A DNA stretch of 64,000 nt, from positions 868,001 through 932,000 of the forward strand of contig NIVC01000100.1 in the NCBI GenBank assembly GCA_002269645.1, read 5' to 3'. Within the stretch, counting starts at the first letter, position 1; each line of letters begins with the position of its first letter. Both the position numbers and the translations under genes were made by a program. This DNA comes from Macrostomum lignano. Its lineage: Eukaryota. Shown one piece after another: positions 1 through 11,696 of the stretch. The notes beneath the pieces were generated by a model. It ran no database searches and had not been told where the DNA came from. It saw only the letters and a program-made list of their open reading frames with translations.

Positions 1-876
1 TGACAGCAGGCGGTCTATTAGAGATGAACAAATAAAATATTTCGCATTTTGTTAGAGAATAAGTTTTACCAGAATTCTCTTTTATCTTCTCATTTTTCAT
101 TTATCAACTAAGCTATTGCCAAAGACGATAATACAACAAACTGTAGTTTTTCATTACAGATATTACAGATTAAAATTAAAATAAGATTAATATTACGGAA
201 AAATTAATTACGTTCAGAATTTCGACGCTTTGTTTTATCGACAATAATCATAAATCTTACAGCAAAAATTGTATCACAAACAAAATTAATAGAAATAAGC
301 TATATGTATAGAATAAAAAATTGATTGCTTTGTTTATCTAAGGTCATACAGTAGATATACAAGTACGCAATATAATCGAAGTTGAAGTGAGGGTTTCATT
401 TAAAAAAGCATCAAGTGCATAAAAATCTTGACAAGTACATTTAGAATAATGAATCAATTCTAATCATAAAGTAATGAGAATTCAATAACGACACTGAATC
501 ATTTACAGTAGCGCATACAGCCTCAATAATCCTATATACTAAAAATGAAAATCTTGTTTGCTTGTTTGTACGCTATCTGATATAATTATCTGACTAACAA
601 TAATGCGTCCAATTTTGGAATGTGCCCTCATCAAATAAAATGTTCAAAATGTAGGACTTGAACTAAGAACTGACACACAAACAACAATAGAATAGGGATA
701 GGTCACGCGCTCGCGAAACAGCCAGGAGGGACAGGCGGCTGCGGTCTGGGGACAAAACATTAAGAGACTGTTTAAGAACGTCTGCAGACTGAATAGTCAA
801 TGGAGCTGAATAAAGCACAGTCAATAGCTCGTACACCTGAAAGAAAATTTAACAAAGGCAGGTATATGAACAAAAG
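1..876. repeat. 3' flank of aminopeptidase copy 1, duplicated at 10833-11696 (segmental duplication)
   Basis: Starts tgacagcaggcggtctattagagatg, as does 10833; near-identical up to the stop codon apart from small indels and one replaced block near 530-590. Confidence 0.95.
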
Positions 877-3800
877 TTAAGCGCTCTGAACATTCTCGCT
901 GAGCCAGGCTCTCAAAGACGGCCTGCTTTCCATCCACTTGATGTTGATGCGAACACTCTCCAGAGCCAGATCCATGGCGCGTGTTGCAGCTCCGAGACTA
1001 TTTTCTTCTTTAAATCTTTCCATTTCAGCCAGTTTCTGGGCGTTGTTAAAGTCAGCCAGGTTGTTAATAAAGTAAGAGATCGTGAAAGCTCCAGGAACAA
1101 CTTCCTGGATTTGATTCCAGTTTCTCTGCAAAAAATCCCAAACGATTTGCAGGCCATTTGGATTGGCTGCAACACTTGAAAACACAGTCGATACGTCCTG
1201 CCTTCGAATTTTGGACTCGTCCAGAGCGTAGTCCAGGTACCGGTTAAGAATCCATGGCTCACTGGTGCACGCCAGACTGCGGATGATGTCGTTCTGAGTT
1301 CCCGGGTGAGCCACGGTCTTGCTGAACTCGAATAGACGGTCCCACACAGCAACAAATGAAGTGGCCACTCCTTCGCACAGGACCCTCCGTCGGATGTCGG
1401 GCGTGATTGTCGATGTGAAAGACGAGTTTACGAACTCTTCGAACTTGTTTGTTGCAGCCGTTTCACAGCTTCTCAGACGGTACAAACAGGCCGACGACAC
1501 GATGAGGCCTCGCTTCAGCTTAGTCAAGTGGGTGTCCGTGTCCTTGTTGTCAAGTCCGACATCGTTGAAGGCTCCCTCGAGTAGGTCTCGCATATACGCA
1601 CTCAGCGGTCCGTACTCGGGAGACTGTCGGTGGAGCATTGAGTGCAGGTAGCCGATCTTCGACAGAGCAGACGACCACGGAACATAGTGCGTCTCCTTCT
1701 TCAAGTACCTGGTCATGTTGAGCGGAATGCTGTAGTCCAGATAGCCAGCACTGGCCAGAGCGAAGCTGTCATCGAGCAGACGAGCCCTGTCTTGCGGACT
1801 GAACACCGTGTGATTCGAGACCAGCTGATCGATGAGTCGCTTCCAGTTATCCAAGTCGTAGTTCACTCTGTAGAAGCCGGACGAGCGAAGGTTGAGCAGA
1901 TACCAGTCGTCAGCCAAGATGTCGAGTTCGAAGGACTGCTCCGTCTCGTTCATCCAGTTTACGAAGCCCGACACGTCCTCAGGAGTTCCCGAGGTGAGGT
2001 TCTGTTTGGTTCCCATGGTGACAGGGATGATCCACGTGTAGTTGTAGTCGCTCGGGTAGCTCGGAACTTGACTGGGGTCACTGAGAAAGTGATTCTGCGT
2101 CAGGGTGAGACGTCGAGCCGCAGTCGAGACGGAACAGTTGAGCACGGGGTAGCCCATCTGGTTGATCCAGCGATCCATCACTGAGCCGACGTCGAGAGAC
2201 TTGTTTTTGGACTCGAAGTACTGCCGGGTCAGACTGTCATAGAGAGCGGTGTGGAATGTGTTTCCGTAGCTGTTCTGACGCAGGTAGTTTCCGACACCTT
2301 TGCGGAAGACCTCGTCACCAACAAAGCCGTGAAGCATGCGGAGAATTGTAGCTCCTTTGTAGTATGTGATGAGGTCAAATATTTCGTTTATTTGAGCTGG
2401 GTTATAGACTCGTACATAAATTGGATGACTTGATCCTTTTGAATCGACATCAAAGGCGATCTGTTGTTTTGAAGCAACGAACTGGACGTCAATTTCCCAG
2501 TCTAGATGTAAATTTATCACTCCTAATGTCTCAGCAAAGCTGGCAAATCCTTCATTAAGCCAAAGATCGTCCCACCATTCAGGAGTGACCAAGTTTCCAA
2601 ACCACATATGGGCCATTTCATGGATTACAACCATTCCAATAAGCTGATATGCATTTGTGGTGTCATTCAATGAATTAAAGACGAGGAGTTCTTCCCGATA
2701 GATAATGAGCCCCAGTTTTCCATTGCGCCAGCGTTGAAATCGGGTACTGCAGCCTGGTCCGTCTTGTTTAGTGGATACGGCACATTAAAATACGACTCGA
2801 AGTACTCCGTAATGTTCCTTACTACGTCAAGTGAGTAATCGGTCTGGTTCACGAACTCAGGTCGAGCCCAGTTTCGATATTCTCTCCCCTGGGTGTCCAT
2901 GTCTCTGATGTGCTCAAACTGAGACACGATGAACGCCAGAAGGTACGTGGACATGATCGGAGTGGTCTCGAAGTCCTCCTTCACCAGCTGTTCTGAGTCA
3001 GTCATCTCGCTGAACCATGTCGAAGCACTCACGTTCGTAGTACGAATGGACGGCATGTTGCTTATCGAAATGTAGTCCGAACGCCTCACAAGACTCACAT
3101 CGAATATGGCCTTGAATGCTGGCTCGTCGAAACATGGAAACGTCTTTCTCGCGTCAGTTGGTTGCAGCTGTGACGTGGCCAAGTATTTGGTAGTTCCGTT
3201 CTTGATGTACGAGCTTAGATACAAACCTCGAAGATCAGATCGAAGCGGAGCTCTGAACCGGGCAATTTCAATTACGACGTCGGTGCAGTTCGCTAGAAGC
3301 GACTCGCTCAGCTCGATGCTGTACCACTGGCGATCTTTGTCGTACAAACAGCTGACGATGGTGTAGTTCTTATTTGATGTACGGTTAAAAACACGAATGT
3401 CCGCAGCCGTGAGCGGGATCTTTGTCGAATGCAGCTTGACGTTGTTGGTTGATTCGTTGATGCTGATTCTCACCTGAATGTAGCCGGTAAAGTAGAACTC
3501 TGACGCGTTGATGCCGTAGATGTAAGGAGCTAGAGTGACGGTGTAGTGTAGCGGCTTTACTCCAGTCGGCAGTCGGACGTCTGTGACGAGCGGAGGCGCC
3601 GTCGTGGGTCCAGCAGTTGGCGCCAAAGTTGTAGCGGGTGGCGCCGCGGTCGGAGAAGGGTAAGGGTCGCATTTCGGAGCCGTGAAGTGTACGATGAGGC
3701 CCACCGCCACAACGGACGCAGAGAAGACGAGCGCGAGCGCGACAATATTAGTCACGGTGAGAAAGAGTCCTTTTTTAACGGATTCTGTATTTCCATGAAT

Positions 3801-3884
3801 GTCAACACTGCTGTCTGAGTTTTTGTAGTCAGCGTATGCATCCATGCTGTATATTTCTGCTGAATTGGATTTTCGAAACATCAT
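877..3884 (-). CDS. M1-family aminopeptidase N-like, type II membrane protein, copy 1 (one frameshift at 2710-2713; about 990-1000 aa if restored)
   Basis: N-terminal TM anchor (IVALALVFSASVVAVGLIV), Pro/Thr stalk, PTDARKTFPCFDEP, GAMENWG, HEMAH-x18-E and catalytic-Tyr motif FDLITYYKGA. ORFs 2667-4007 and 877-2670 join if C4 at 2710-2713 becomes C5, as in copy 2 (13533-13537). Start is 3884 or 3845. Confidence 0.92.
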
Positions 3885-5716
3885 AAAACGACGAATTTTT
3901 TTCTGTTTTTGCTTCTTTTGAGCACTTGTTAATCGTGTGAAATATTTGCTCGAATCTGATAGCCGATTCTTAATGGGGCCGACGCTGCTGAACGATAAAT
4001 GTAGCACATTAACTGAGACTTTTGCTTGCGACCTTAAGACTAGAAAGGTCAGTTCTCGGAAACATTCGCCGAGCTTGCACTCTGTTCACAAAAATTCTGT
4101 TGGCTCGTTTTATAGTCCTCCGTATTGAGGTTCTATTATGGCTTAATAATGTTTTAATGTCAACATTATAGCTTAGTAACGTTTTTTTGTGTGCTTTGAA
4201 CTGTTGTATAAAATGCTTTACCAAACGGTTAACCGAGATTTTATATTCGAAGAATTTTCCTATTTTTACTCGTACTTAAATCTTTTTTCTTTTTTAAAGA
4301 ATTACGCTATGCAAATAATATGTCTAGATATTTGCCTATTACCAAAACTTGGTTCTAGACATTGGCTTTTAAGTAAACTCTTCTGATTTTATCTTTACAG
4401 TCTTCATAGAGTGATGGTAAAATATTTACTCGAATTACCAGTGCTAACTCTTTTGTTTAAATCTACTAGTATGGCTGGGAGCGTAAATATCTTTAATACT
4501 GTCTGTATAAGCGCTTATCGAGTTCTGCAGAGCCTTCTTCTATTTATTTAGTTTATCCAATCTACTGTTCCATCGTATTGCCTGTTTACAGTTGAAAATA
4601 GTCCAACCTTTTATTTTTTAAGCAGTCGGACTTTAACAAGAAAAATTGTATGCACCTTTTCGGAGGCTTGAAAGTCAGATTTTTTTGATGTACGATGTTC
4701 TCTGACGTACGGCTCAAGCACCCAGATCAGGTTTCGTGCGCGGCCACATCAACTCAGAGGTCGTGTGAGAAAATTTGGTTTAGGCTTTCGGCAACTCTCC
4801 CCCACGAGGGCCAACTGCAATGGGGTCTTCAACTCTTGACCAAGAGTGTTTTTGCCTGTTCACAAGCACAATCACAAGAACTAGCCTATGTTCGAGCACC
4901 TAAACATGCTTAGAACGTGTACTTAAACATAGTTGAACTATTTAGCGGATCACACGCTCGTTTCAGCCATCAACCATACAACTATGCCTAATTTTCACGT
5001 TTGAATGTGAAATTAACTATATATATTATGTGTGCTTTGTGGGCGGCTACTAATTTGATGTGTTGCATCTTGAGCTGTAAATTAGGTTTTTGCTCTACAG
5101 TTGCTGGGCAATTGGGAGAAGCTCTGCGATTTTGCGTTACATCTTCGGTAACAATGCCAGTAACCAATTGCGACCCGTTGGTCTACGTCTTCGTGCCTTG
5201 GCTGGTATTGTTCTTCATTTCGCCTCTCTCTCCATCTCTTTCTCTCTCATTTGACTTGTTTCACAAGGCTTTTAATTTTTAGCTTCGTTCTTCTGCTTCT
5301 GTCTTTTTCACTTCACTCTAATCCTTATTTCCATTTTTTGGATCCACGGGAAGTATTGAAGACATCTAAGATTGAGAGAAGGACTTTGATTGTTGCGGAG
5401 CCGCCATAGGGCTTCTGGTCGCAGGTCGCCCGCCCAGTTGGGCCAAACAGCATGGCTCTGTATCCACCCGCCTGTTGCTATAGTTCTTGATGGTTCCCGG
5501 GCCGCTGACACCACGGGCAGCACTGCTGCGACCACTCCTGTGCACCAGTGCACTGCCATTCTTACTCTCCTTCTTAACTCGTACTCTAAGGAAGTAGGTT
5601 CCGCCCGGGTTGTCCAGAGGTATTCGAGCATACGAAGGGAGCAGCTTATAGCCGAATGAGGGACCCGGATTAGGGCCTCAATCTGGCTCTTGCTACACAG
5701 ACCAGAATACTTCCCG

Positions 5717-5865
5717 CCAACCAACCAACCAACCAACCAACCAACCAACCAACCAACCAACCAACCAACCAACCAACCAACCAACCAACCAACCAACCAA
5801 CCAACCAACCAACCAACCAACCAACCAACCAACCAACCAACCAACCAAACAACCAACCAACCAAC
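5717..5865. repeat. (CCAA)n microsatellite, about 37 units
   Basis: Direct reading; lies just beyond the 3' end of the non-LTR fragment. Confidence 0.98.
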
Positions 5866-5896
5866 AACAGAACAACAGAATACCAGAATACGCATT

Positions 5897-6530
5897 TAGC
5901 GTCACAGGGCGCGCTTCAAGGCCAGGTCGCGAATGAACGCCACACCGTCAGCCGAATCTGGGGCGCCGGCGTCAGCCAGCAGGCAGTCGACGAAACGCCG
6001 AGTGCGCGCCTGCCCCCGCCAGTAGGGTGCCTGCAGCGTTAGCAGCAGCACCTCCTGCACCGGCTCTGGGCAGTACGACTCGGCGCGGAGGATGTGGCCT
6101 GCCAGCTGGAGTCGGTGACGGCGCAACAGGTCACTTGGACGGAACAGGCCAACGCGGTGATACAAAGCCACGTTGGCCACTCGCTCGTAGCCGATCTTGA
6201 AGGCGGCGCGCAGCAGGCCAGCGTGCGCCACGTCAACTTGCTGCTCGAGCGACTCCGTCAGCGTCCATGTCTCGGCGTTGTACAGCAGGACGGTCGCAAT
6301 CACCGCCTGGAACAACGCCGCCCTCTAGCGGTCAGGTAAGGCCTCGGACTGCAGGACTGCCCTCACAGAACGAAAGGCAGCCCAGGCAAGCCCGCGGAGA
6401 CGCCGCAGATCCTCGCGGACGCCGGGAACCAGACCGCCGAGGTAGACGAACTGCTGACAACGCGGAAGCACTGTCGCCTGTCCATCAGCGCCTCGGCATA
6501 AAATTGCAGCCTCGATGTCAATCAACCAAC
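5897..6530 (-). mobile_element. 5'-truncated non-LTR retrotransposon fragment (RT thumb and C-terminal region, RTE-like), inactivated
   Basis: ORFs 6325-6525 and 5902-6315 are in the same frame, separated by a TAG. Motifs FVYLGG, VLLYNAETWTL and RHRLQLAGHILR match the FxYLGS, LLYGxETW and RLxWxGHxxR motifs of RTE/CR1-type RT C-termini. Confidence 0.8.
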
Positions 6531-7256
6531 CAACTTGATAGTCTGAATGCGATGTCTAAAGTCGAGCCGGATTTTGCCAAAATTATAGCATTCCAGCAAA
6601 GGAGGCGCAGATGAGTGTTATTCAATCGCGAGTTGATAGACTCTGCAATTTCCAGTGACCCATCAGAACTCTAAAGTCGCCGGCTTTATGGAGTTCGGCA
6701 GGTCTCTGTGCCGGTTTGAACTCTGAAACCGAATTTCCATTCATAATTTTTTAAAAGTAAACTGTTAATCTTTTAATAATGACCGGCTCTACTATGAAGC
6801 TTCTCCAATTCGCTTGAAAGAATCTTAATTGAAAGCATCATTACTCACGGTATAAAATTGAACTTCAGCGTGTGAAATTTATTAGGAGGATATTAAAACA
6901 TCTTCCTGTCTGATCAAGTCTTGCATCATATCTCGTTGATGTGCGTATGGCAGGCACTGTCTTGGGAAATACATAAAATATTTGTCTTCGGGTCAAGCGG
7001 GAAATTCCAAACACTGAAAAATTCTTTTCCTGGAGAATCTTTAAAATAAGATAAGATGATTTTCTTGTTGTAGTTGGTCAGTTTTTCGTTGATTGGTTGG
7101 ATAGTTGGTTGATATTTCAAGCTTTTGGTTGATATTTCGAGCTTATGATACGAGTATTTCGGAGTTTATGGTATTTCAGGTTTATGATGAGAAGCGCTTT
7201 CAGAGTTATGATTTTTCGGATTTGTGATGGCGACCCCTCAACAGCACACGCTACAA

Positions 7257-7331
7257 CAGCAGACCCCACACCAGCAGACCCCACACCAGCAGACCCCACA
7301 CGAGCAGACCCCACACCAGCAGGCCCCACAC
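7257..7331. repeat. 15-bp minisatellite (CAGCAGACCCCACAC) x5
   Basis: Direct reading. Confidence 0.95.
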
Positions 7332-8606
7332 CGCATCATGCATCATAAAGCAATGGGTGACCTTTCGATTTGCAATTCTGTTTGCAGAGGCCAGGTCTAA
7401 ACGTATTGGATCGGAATTCCGACAATAAAACCAGAAAACAGGCAGTTCCAGTGTAGCTTGCTCATTGATTTTCGACAAGAAAAAAGCAAAATCATCTGCA
7501 ACGGAACCTTGTATGCCAGAAAAAATGTCGTGCCGGAAGAAGTATGGCATTAAAATAAAATTACCTGTCAACTAGCTGTAACGAGATCTCATCCTTACAG
7601 CACGTCATTCTGTTTGCGATACAATCTGATAGCCACGGTAAGCAAAACTTGTTTAGTGCTCCCAGCAGCAAAGGCATTAAAACGCGAACTTGACACAGAA
7701 ACGAAGCAGGCCTCCGTCAATAAAAAAAGTGTTTCGAACTTCAATATATATATATTTGGCTTAAGGCAGACTTACCAAGAGCGTCAGTAGAGCGCGACGG
7801 GGGTTTAAAAGCACCCCCACCCAAGGGGAGGGGGCAGGCGGCGATGTAAAAATCAACGCGCTGGGCTCTAAAGCCGGTTTGTGCGCTTGCGCCGCACAAA
7901 CCAGTCCAATATATTTCCAAAACGCTATTTTTAAAGCTTTATTAGCCCAAAATTGATCTTAATATGTTACACCAACGACACACGAGCGTACATGATATAC
8001 ATGTAGATACACGGTGGGATGAATCGCAACTTAGGAACGTTTTTAAAATGAATGTTATGCACTTCTTCCGTCGAAAATACGAATCTATACGAGCAATTAT
8101 TTTTCGCACAACGAAGTTACGACAAAGTGCTGCAGCAGGCTCAGCAGCAGTAACACCTGCGTAAAGATTAAAATAATGTTCAGTAGACAGGAGCACTAAA
8201 ACCACCGCTTACTCGAATTAAACTAGCGAGCGATATGGCGCTTCCACTCTCTCGTTGTCATAAAAAAGTATCTGCTTCGACTGCTGTTACGATTGCAGTT
8301 GCCATTGAGCACTGCTACCCCACAAGGCTTCCGAGATTTCTGCTAATAGGCAGTCCTAGAGAGCTTGGCCGCGACCCATTGTTTACTGAAAATGTTGCGC
8401 AGATGCATTGCTCAGCTAAGTATCCCCAATTCGGGGCTCATAGAGACAGCCGTGGCTTTTGGGTTGCTGCCCGGTTAAAGGCTTAGTGGCCACATGTTTC
8501 AGTAAGCGCTCCAGCGCGAAAATTAGGATGTATGAAGCTGTTGGTCCCCAGTATCGGAATGACTCCTGGCTCCAGCTGGGTGAACTCAAGGACTACTTAA
8601 GTAGAA

Positions 8607-8653
8607 GGACGCAAGACTCAGAATTGGTGACAATTTCATTGGAGGCCGATTTT
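8607..8653 (+). mobile_element. Partial copy of the SINE-like body found at 8866-9068, opposite orientation
   Basis: Shares ggacgcaagactca and ttggaggccgattt with the reverse complement of 8866-8910. Confidence 0.5.
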
Positions 8654-8865
8654 TGAATGTATCTCCTGTGCACGCTATTGATCGCAAGATGCCTTTTTTC
8701 GCAGAATAGGCAGTAACATATGCTCTTTCATTTAAGACATCAATAAGTTCAATAACTCGATAAAAAAATTAAAAGCTGCACCTGTTCTACACCAGTCGAT
8801 AATATCTTGCAACTATTGTAAACTAACATTTAAACTACTTCCATTTCGGATATGCAACCATGACG

Positions 8866-9068
8866 AAATCGGCCTCCAACGAATTCTCCACGAGAGTTGA
8901 GTCTTGCGTCCTATTTATACGTTACTTTAGTCGTCCTTTGGTGAACTGAAGCAATGCAGAGTAAAGTGTCTTGCTCAAAGACACAAACTGTTCAATTGTT
9001 CCAGTGGGATCGGGAATCGAACCCTCGACCTTCGTGAGTCCGACGCTCTAACCACTAGGCTAAAACCC
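8866..9068 (-). mobile_element. tRNA-derived SINE-like element
   Basis: Reverse complement has A-box-like tagcctagtggttagagcgtcgg and B-box gggttcgattccc, followed by gtgtctttgagcaagacactttac, which resembles the conserved central domain of V/Meta-type SINEs. No complete cloverleaf. Confidence 0.7.
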
Positions 9069-9909
9069 CTTAAAATTCTATTATTAACTATAGAAATCAT
9101 TCTACGTGCCTAGGAGCTCCAAAAATGTAGGGACATTTATCGCTGGGCAGGCAAGGAAAACTTAATGCAGCTTAGCGCTCGTATTACTTTAATATAGCCC
9201 ATTGTTGCAATTATGACAGGAAGTTTCATAGGTTTATACGTATTCGTGGACTGGGTCGCTGGCTGCGCATGTGTAGCTTGCGACTCCATAAATAGAGTAC
9301 TCGTATAGCCTGCGTCAGGGTGGCTCGCTTGCTCCTAACCTCTCCTTCCAGCCCAGAGATCCGGTATCATGTAGGTTGCAATGGCGGCTTTTTTCCTTGG
9401 CTCGACAGCTCAAATCACTTAATTTCTGTTGCCAAAATAAGTAGGTAATTTTAAAGTGACGCCAAATCTTTTAACCTTTTTTAGAATTTTAGGAATCTTA
9501 ACGAACTGTAACAGGCTAAATCGTTCTTCGCTAAAAGATCCCACTGAAGGCCACCAAGTTGTTACAGACCTATTTGTTCCTAGCTGAAATCCTACCAATG
9601 AGTCACCAAGTTGTTTTAGGTTTTGCTTTGCTTCTAAGTCCTATCTTACTAAACTGTCACTGGGTCGTCTACTTTAAGTAGGATTTCTGCTCTTAAGCAA
9701 CGATTTTTTTACCTAAAATTCCTAACTCACGTGATTTCTTAGAAATCTGTGATAGCGTGTAGTGCCCGAGCGGTAAGACACTGTCTAATTTCCTAATTAA
9801 GTCCTAAAGTCTTGCATTTTCCGAGGATCAAGGGTGTCCCGCGGTAGCTATCTAATCCCCTAATACCTAGCCCATAATGTCTATTGCGAGCCTGCACGGC
9901 TTTCTTAGG

Positions 9910-10078
9910 GTCTGCACGACCTCAAGTTCCCCTTTTTTAGTCTCCTATTCTGGGTCTCTACGACCTCGAGTTCTCCCTATTCCAGATCCCTATTTTTGGG
10001 TCTCCACGACCTCGAGTTCTCCCTATTCCAGATCCCAATTTTTTGGGTCCCCACGACCTCGAGTTCTCCCTATTCAGT
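9910..10078. repeat. About 46-bp tandem repeat, about 3.5 copies
   Basis: Core acgacctcgagttctccctattc(cagatccc) recurs at about 46-bp spacing. Confidence 0.85.
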
Positions 10079-10832
10079 AAAGAAATAGCGAAACAAGTCT
10101 TAGATTTTGAAGTTTTAGAGTTCAACTTCGAATTCTAAGAGTTATTAAGCAGTAAAATGGTTTCAAGCAAGAGAGCGATTGGTTTATTTTCTAGTCCGAA
10201 TTGCTTCCTTTTATTGTAGATTACAAGAGGATGGGGGTGAGCACTACGCATTGAAACAAAAAATAACGAAATTTATAACAAATTATAATTTAAACAAAAC
10301 TTTTTGCGAGATTAAACCAAAAGGGAAGAATTTTTCTTATTGGTGGGGATAAAATACGCACGGTTAATTACTATAAGTAGAATAATTAGATTATTTATAC
10401 AACCCTGTCTCAGAACGAAACCAATTTTAAATCCTTGGAGTTGTGCTGAATGCTTTCAACAAATATGTTTTGAGCACGTAGAAGAAAAAAAGTGAAAGAA
10501 AACACACGACGAAGAATAAAATAAGTTCTAAATGACAAAAGGAGAAACACATATTAATAATAAAGCCTCACTGATATTGTATTTATGCTCTATATAGCAA
10601 AAGTAGACCAAAAAATCCGCTTTTAAGACTAACCAGATACATGCATCTGTTTAAGCTAAAGAAGGAGTAGGCTAGCTTTATAAACCATATAAACCATAGT
10701 ATAAAGTATAAAGTATAAAGTATATAGTATAAACCAAGATTCTGGGAATATGTAACTGTTCTTGCCATCAAACATTCAAGTACATTAAATTAAAGGGATA
10801 GGCTGAACTCGAGTTTATTTAGCGGAAGATTC

Positions 10833-11696
10833 TGACAGCAGGCGGTCTATTAGAGATGAACAAATAAAATATTTCGCATTTTGTTAGAGAATAAGTTTTA
10901 CCAGAATTCTCTTTTATCTTTTCATTTTTCATTTATCAACTAAGCTATTGCCAAAGACGATAATACAACAAACTTTAGTTTTTTATTACAGATATTACAG
11001 ATTAAAATTAAAATAAGATTAATATTACGGAAAAATTAATTATATCTTACGTTCAAAATTTCGACGCTTTGTTTTATCGACAAAAATCATAAATCTTACA
11101 GCAAAAAATTGTATCACAAACAAAATTAATAGAAATAAGCTATATGTATAGAATAAAAAATTGATTGCTTTGTTTATCTAAGGTCATACAGTAGATATAC
11201 AAGTACGCAATATAATCGAAGTTGAAGTGAGGGTTTTCATTTAAAAAAAGCATCAAGTGCATAAAAATCTTGACAAGTAAATTTAGAATGGTAAATCAAT
11301 TCTAATCATAAAGTAATGAGAATTCAATAACGACACTGAATCATTTACAGTAGCGCATACAGCCTCAATAATCACTCGCTATAGGCATCTCAATAAAAAA
11401 GGAATTATCTGACTAACAATAATGCGTCCAATTTTGGAATGTGCCCTCAACAAATAAAATGTTCAAAATGTAGGACTTGAACTAAGAACTGACACACAAA
11501 CAACAATAGAATAGGGATAGGTTACGCGCTCGCGAAACAGCCAGGAGGGACAGGCGGCTGCGGTCTGGGGACTAAAACATTAAGAGACTGTTTAAGAACG
11601 TCTGCAGACTGAATAGTCAATGGAGCTGAATAAAGCACAGTCAATAGCTCGTACACCTGAAAGAAAATTTAACAAAGGCAGGTATATGAACAAAAG
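10833..11696. repeat. 3' flank of aminopeptidase copy 2, duplicate of 1-876
   Basis: Near-identical to 1-876 by direct comparison. Confidence 0.95.

Noticed and set aside
912-2433. Overlapping and antisense ORFs inside the aminopeptidase genes (also in 11732-14702 and 20579-22946)
   Set aside because: Shadow frames of GC-rich coding sequence; they recur only because the genes are duplicated.
5308-5905. ORFs with LVGW/PTNQ repeats and the unique segment 5308-5700
   Set aside because: The repeats are translations of the CCAA microsatellite, and I recognise no motif in any frame of the unique part.
8995-9068. Possible tRNA gene
   Set aside because: A and B boxes are present but there is no proper anticodon arm or acceptor stem, and it continues into a SINE-like body.
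9765-9800. A-box-like gtagtgcccgagcggtaagacactg
   Set aside because: No B-box at a suitable distance; too short to call.
7257-10078. Short regular repeats (15-bp and 46-bp) as possible CRISPR arrays
   Set aside because: No unique spacers, no cas genes, and a eukaryotic context.
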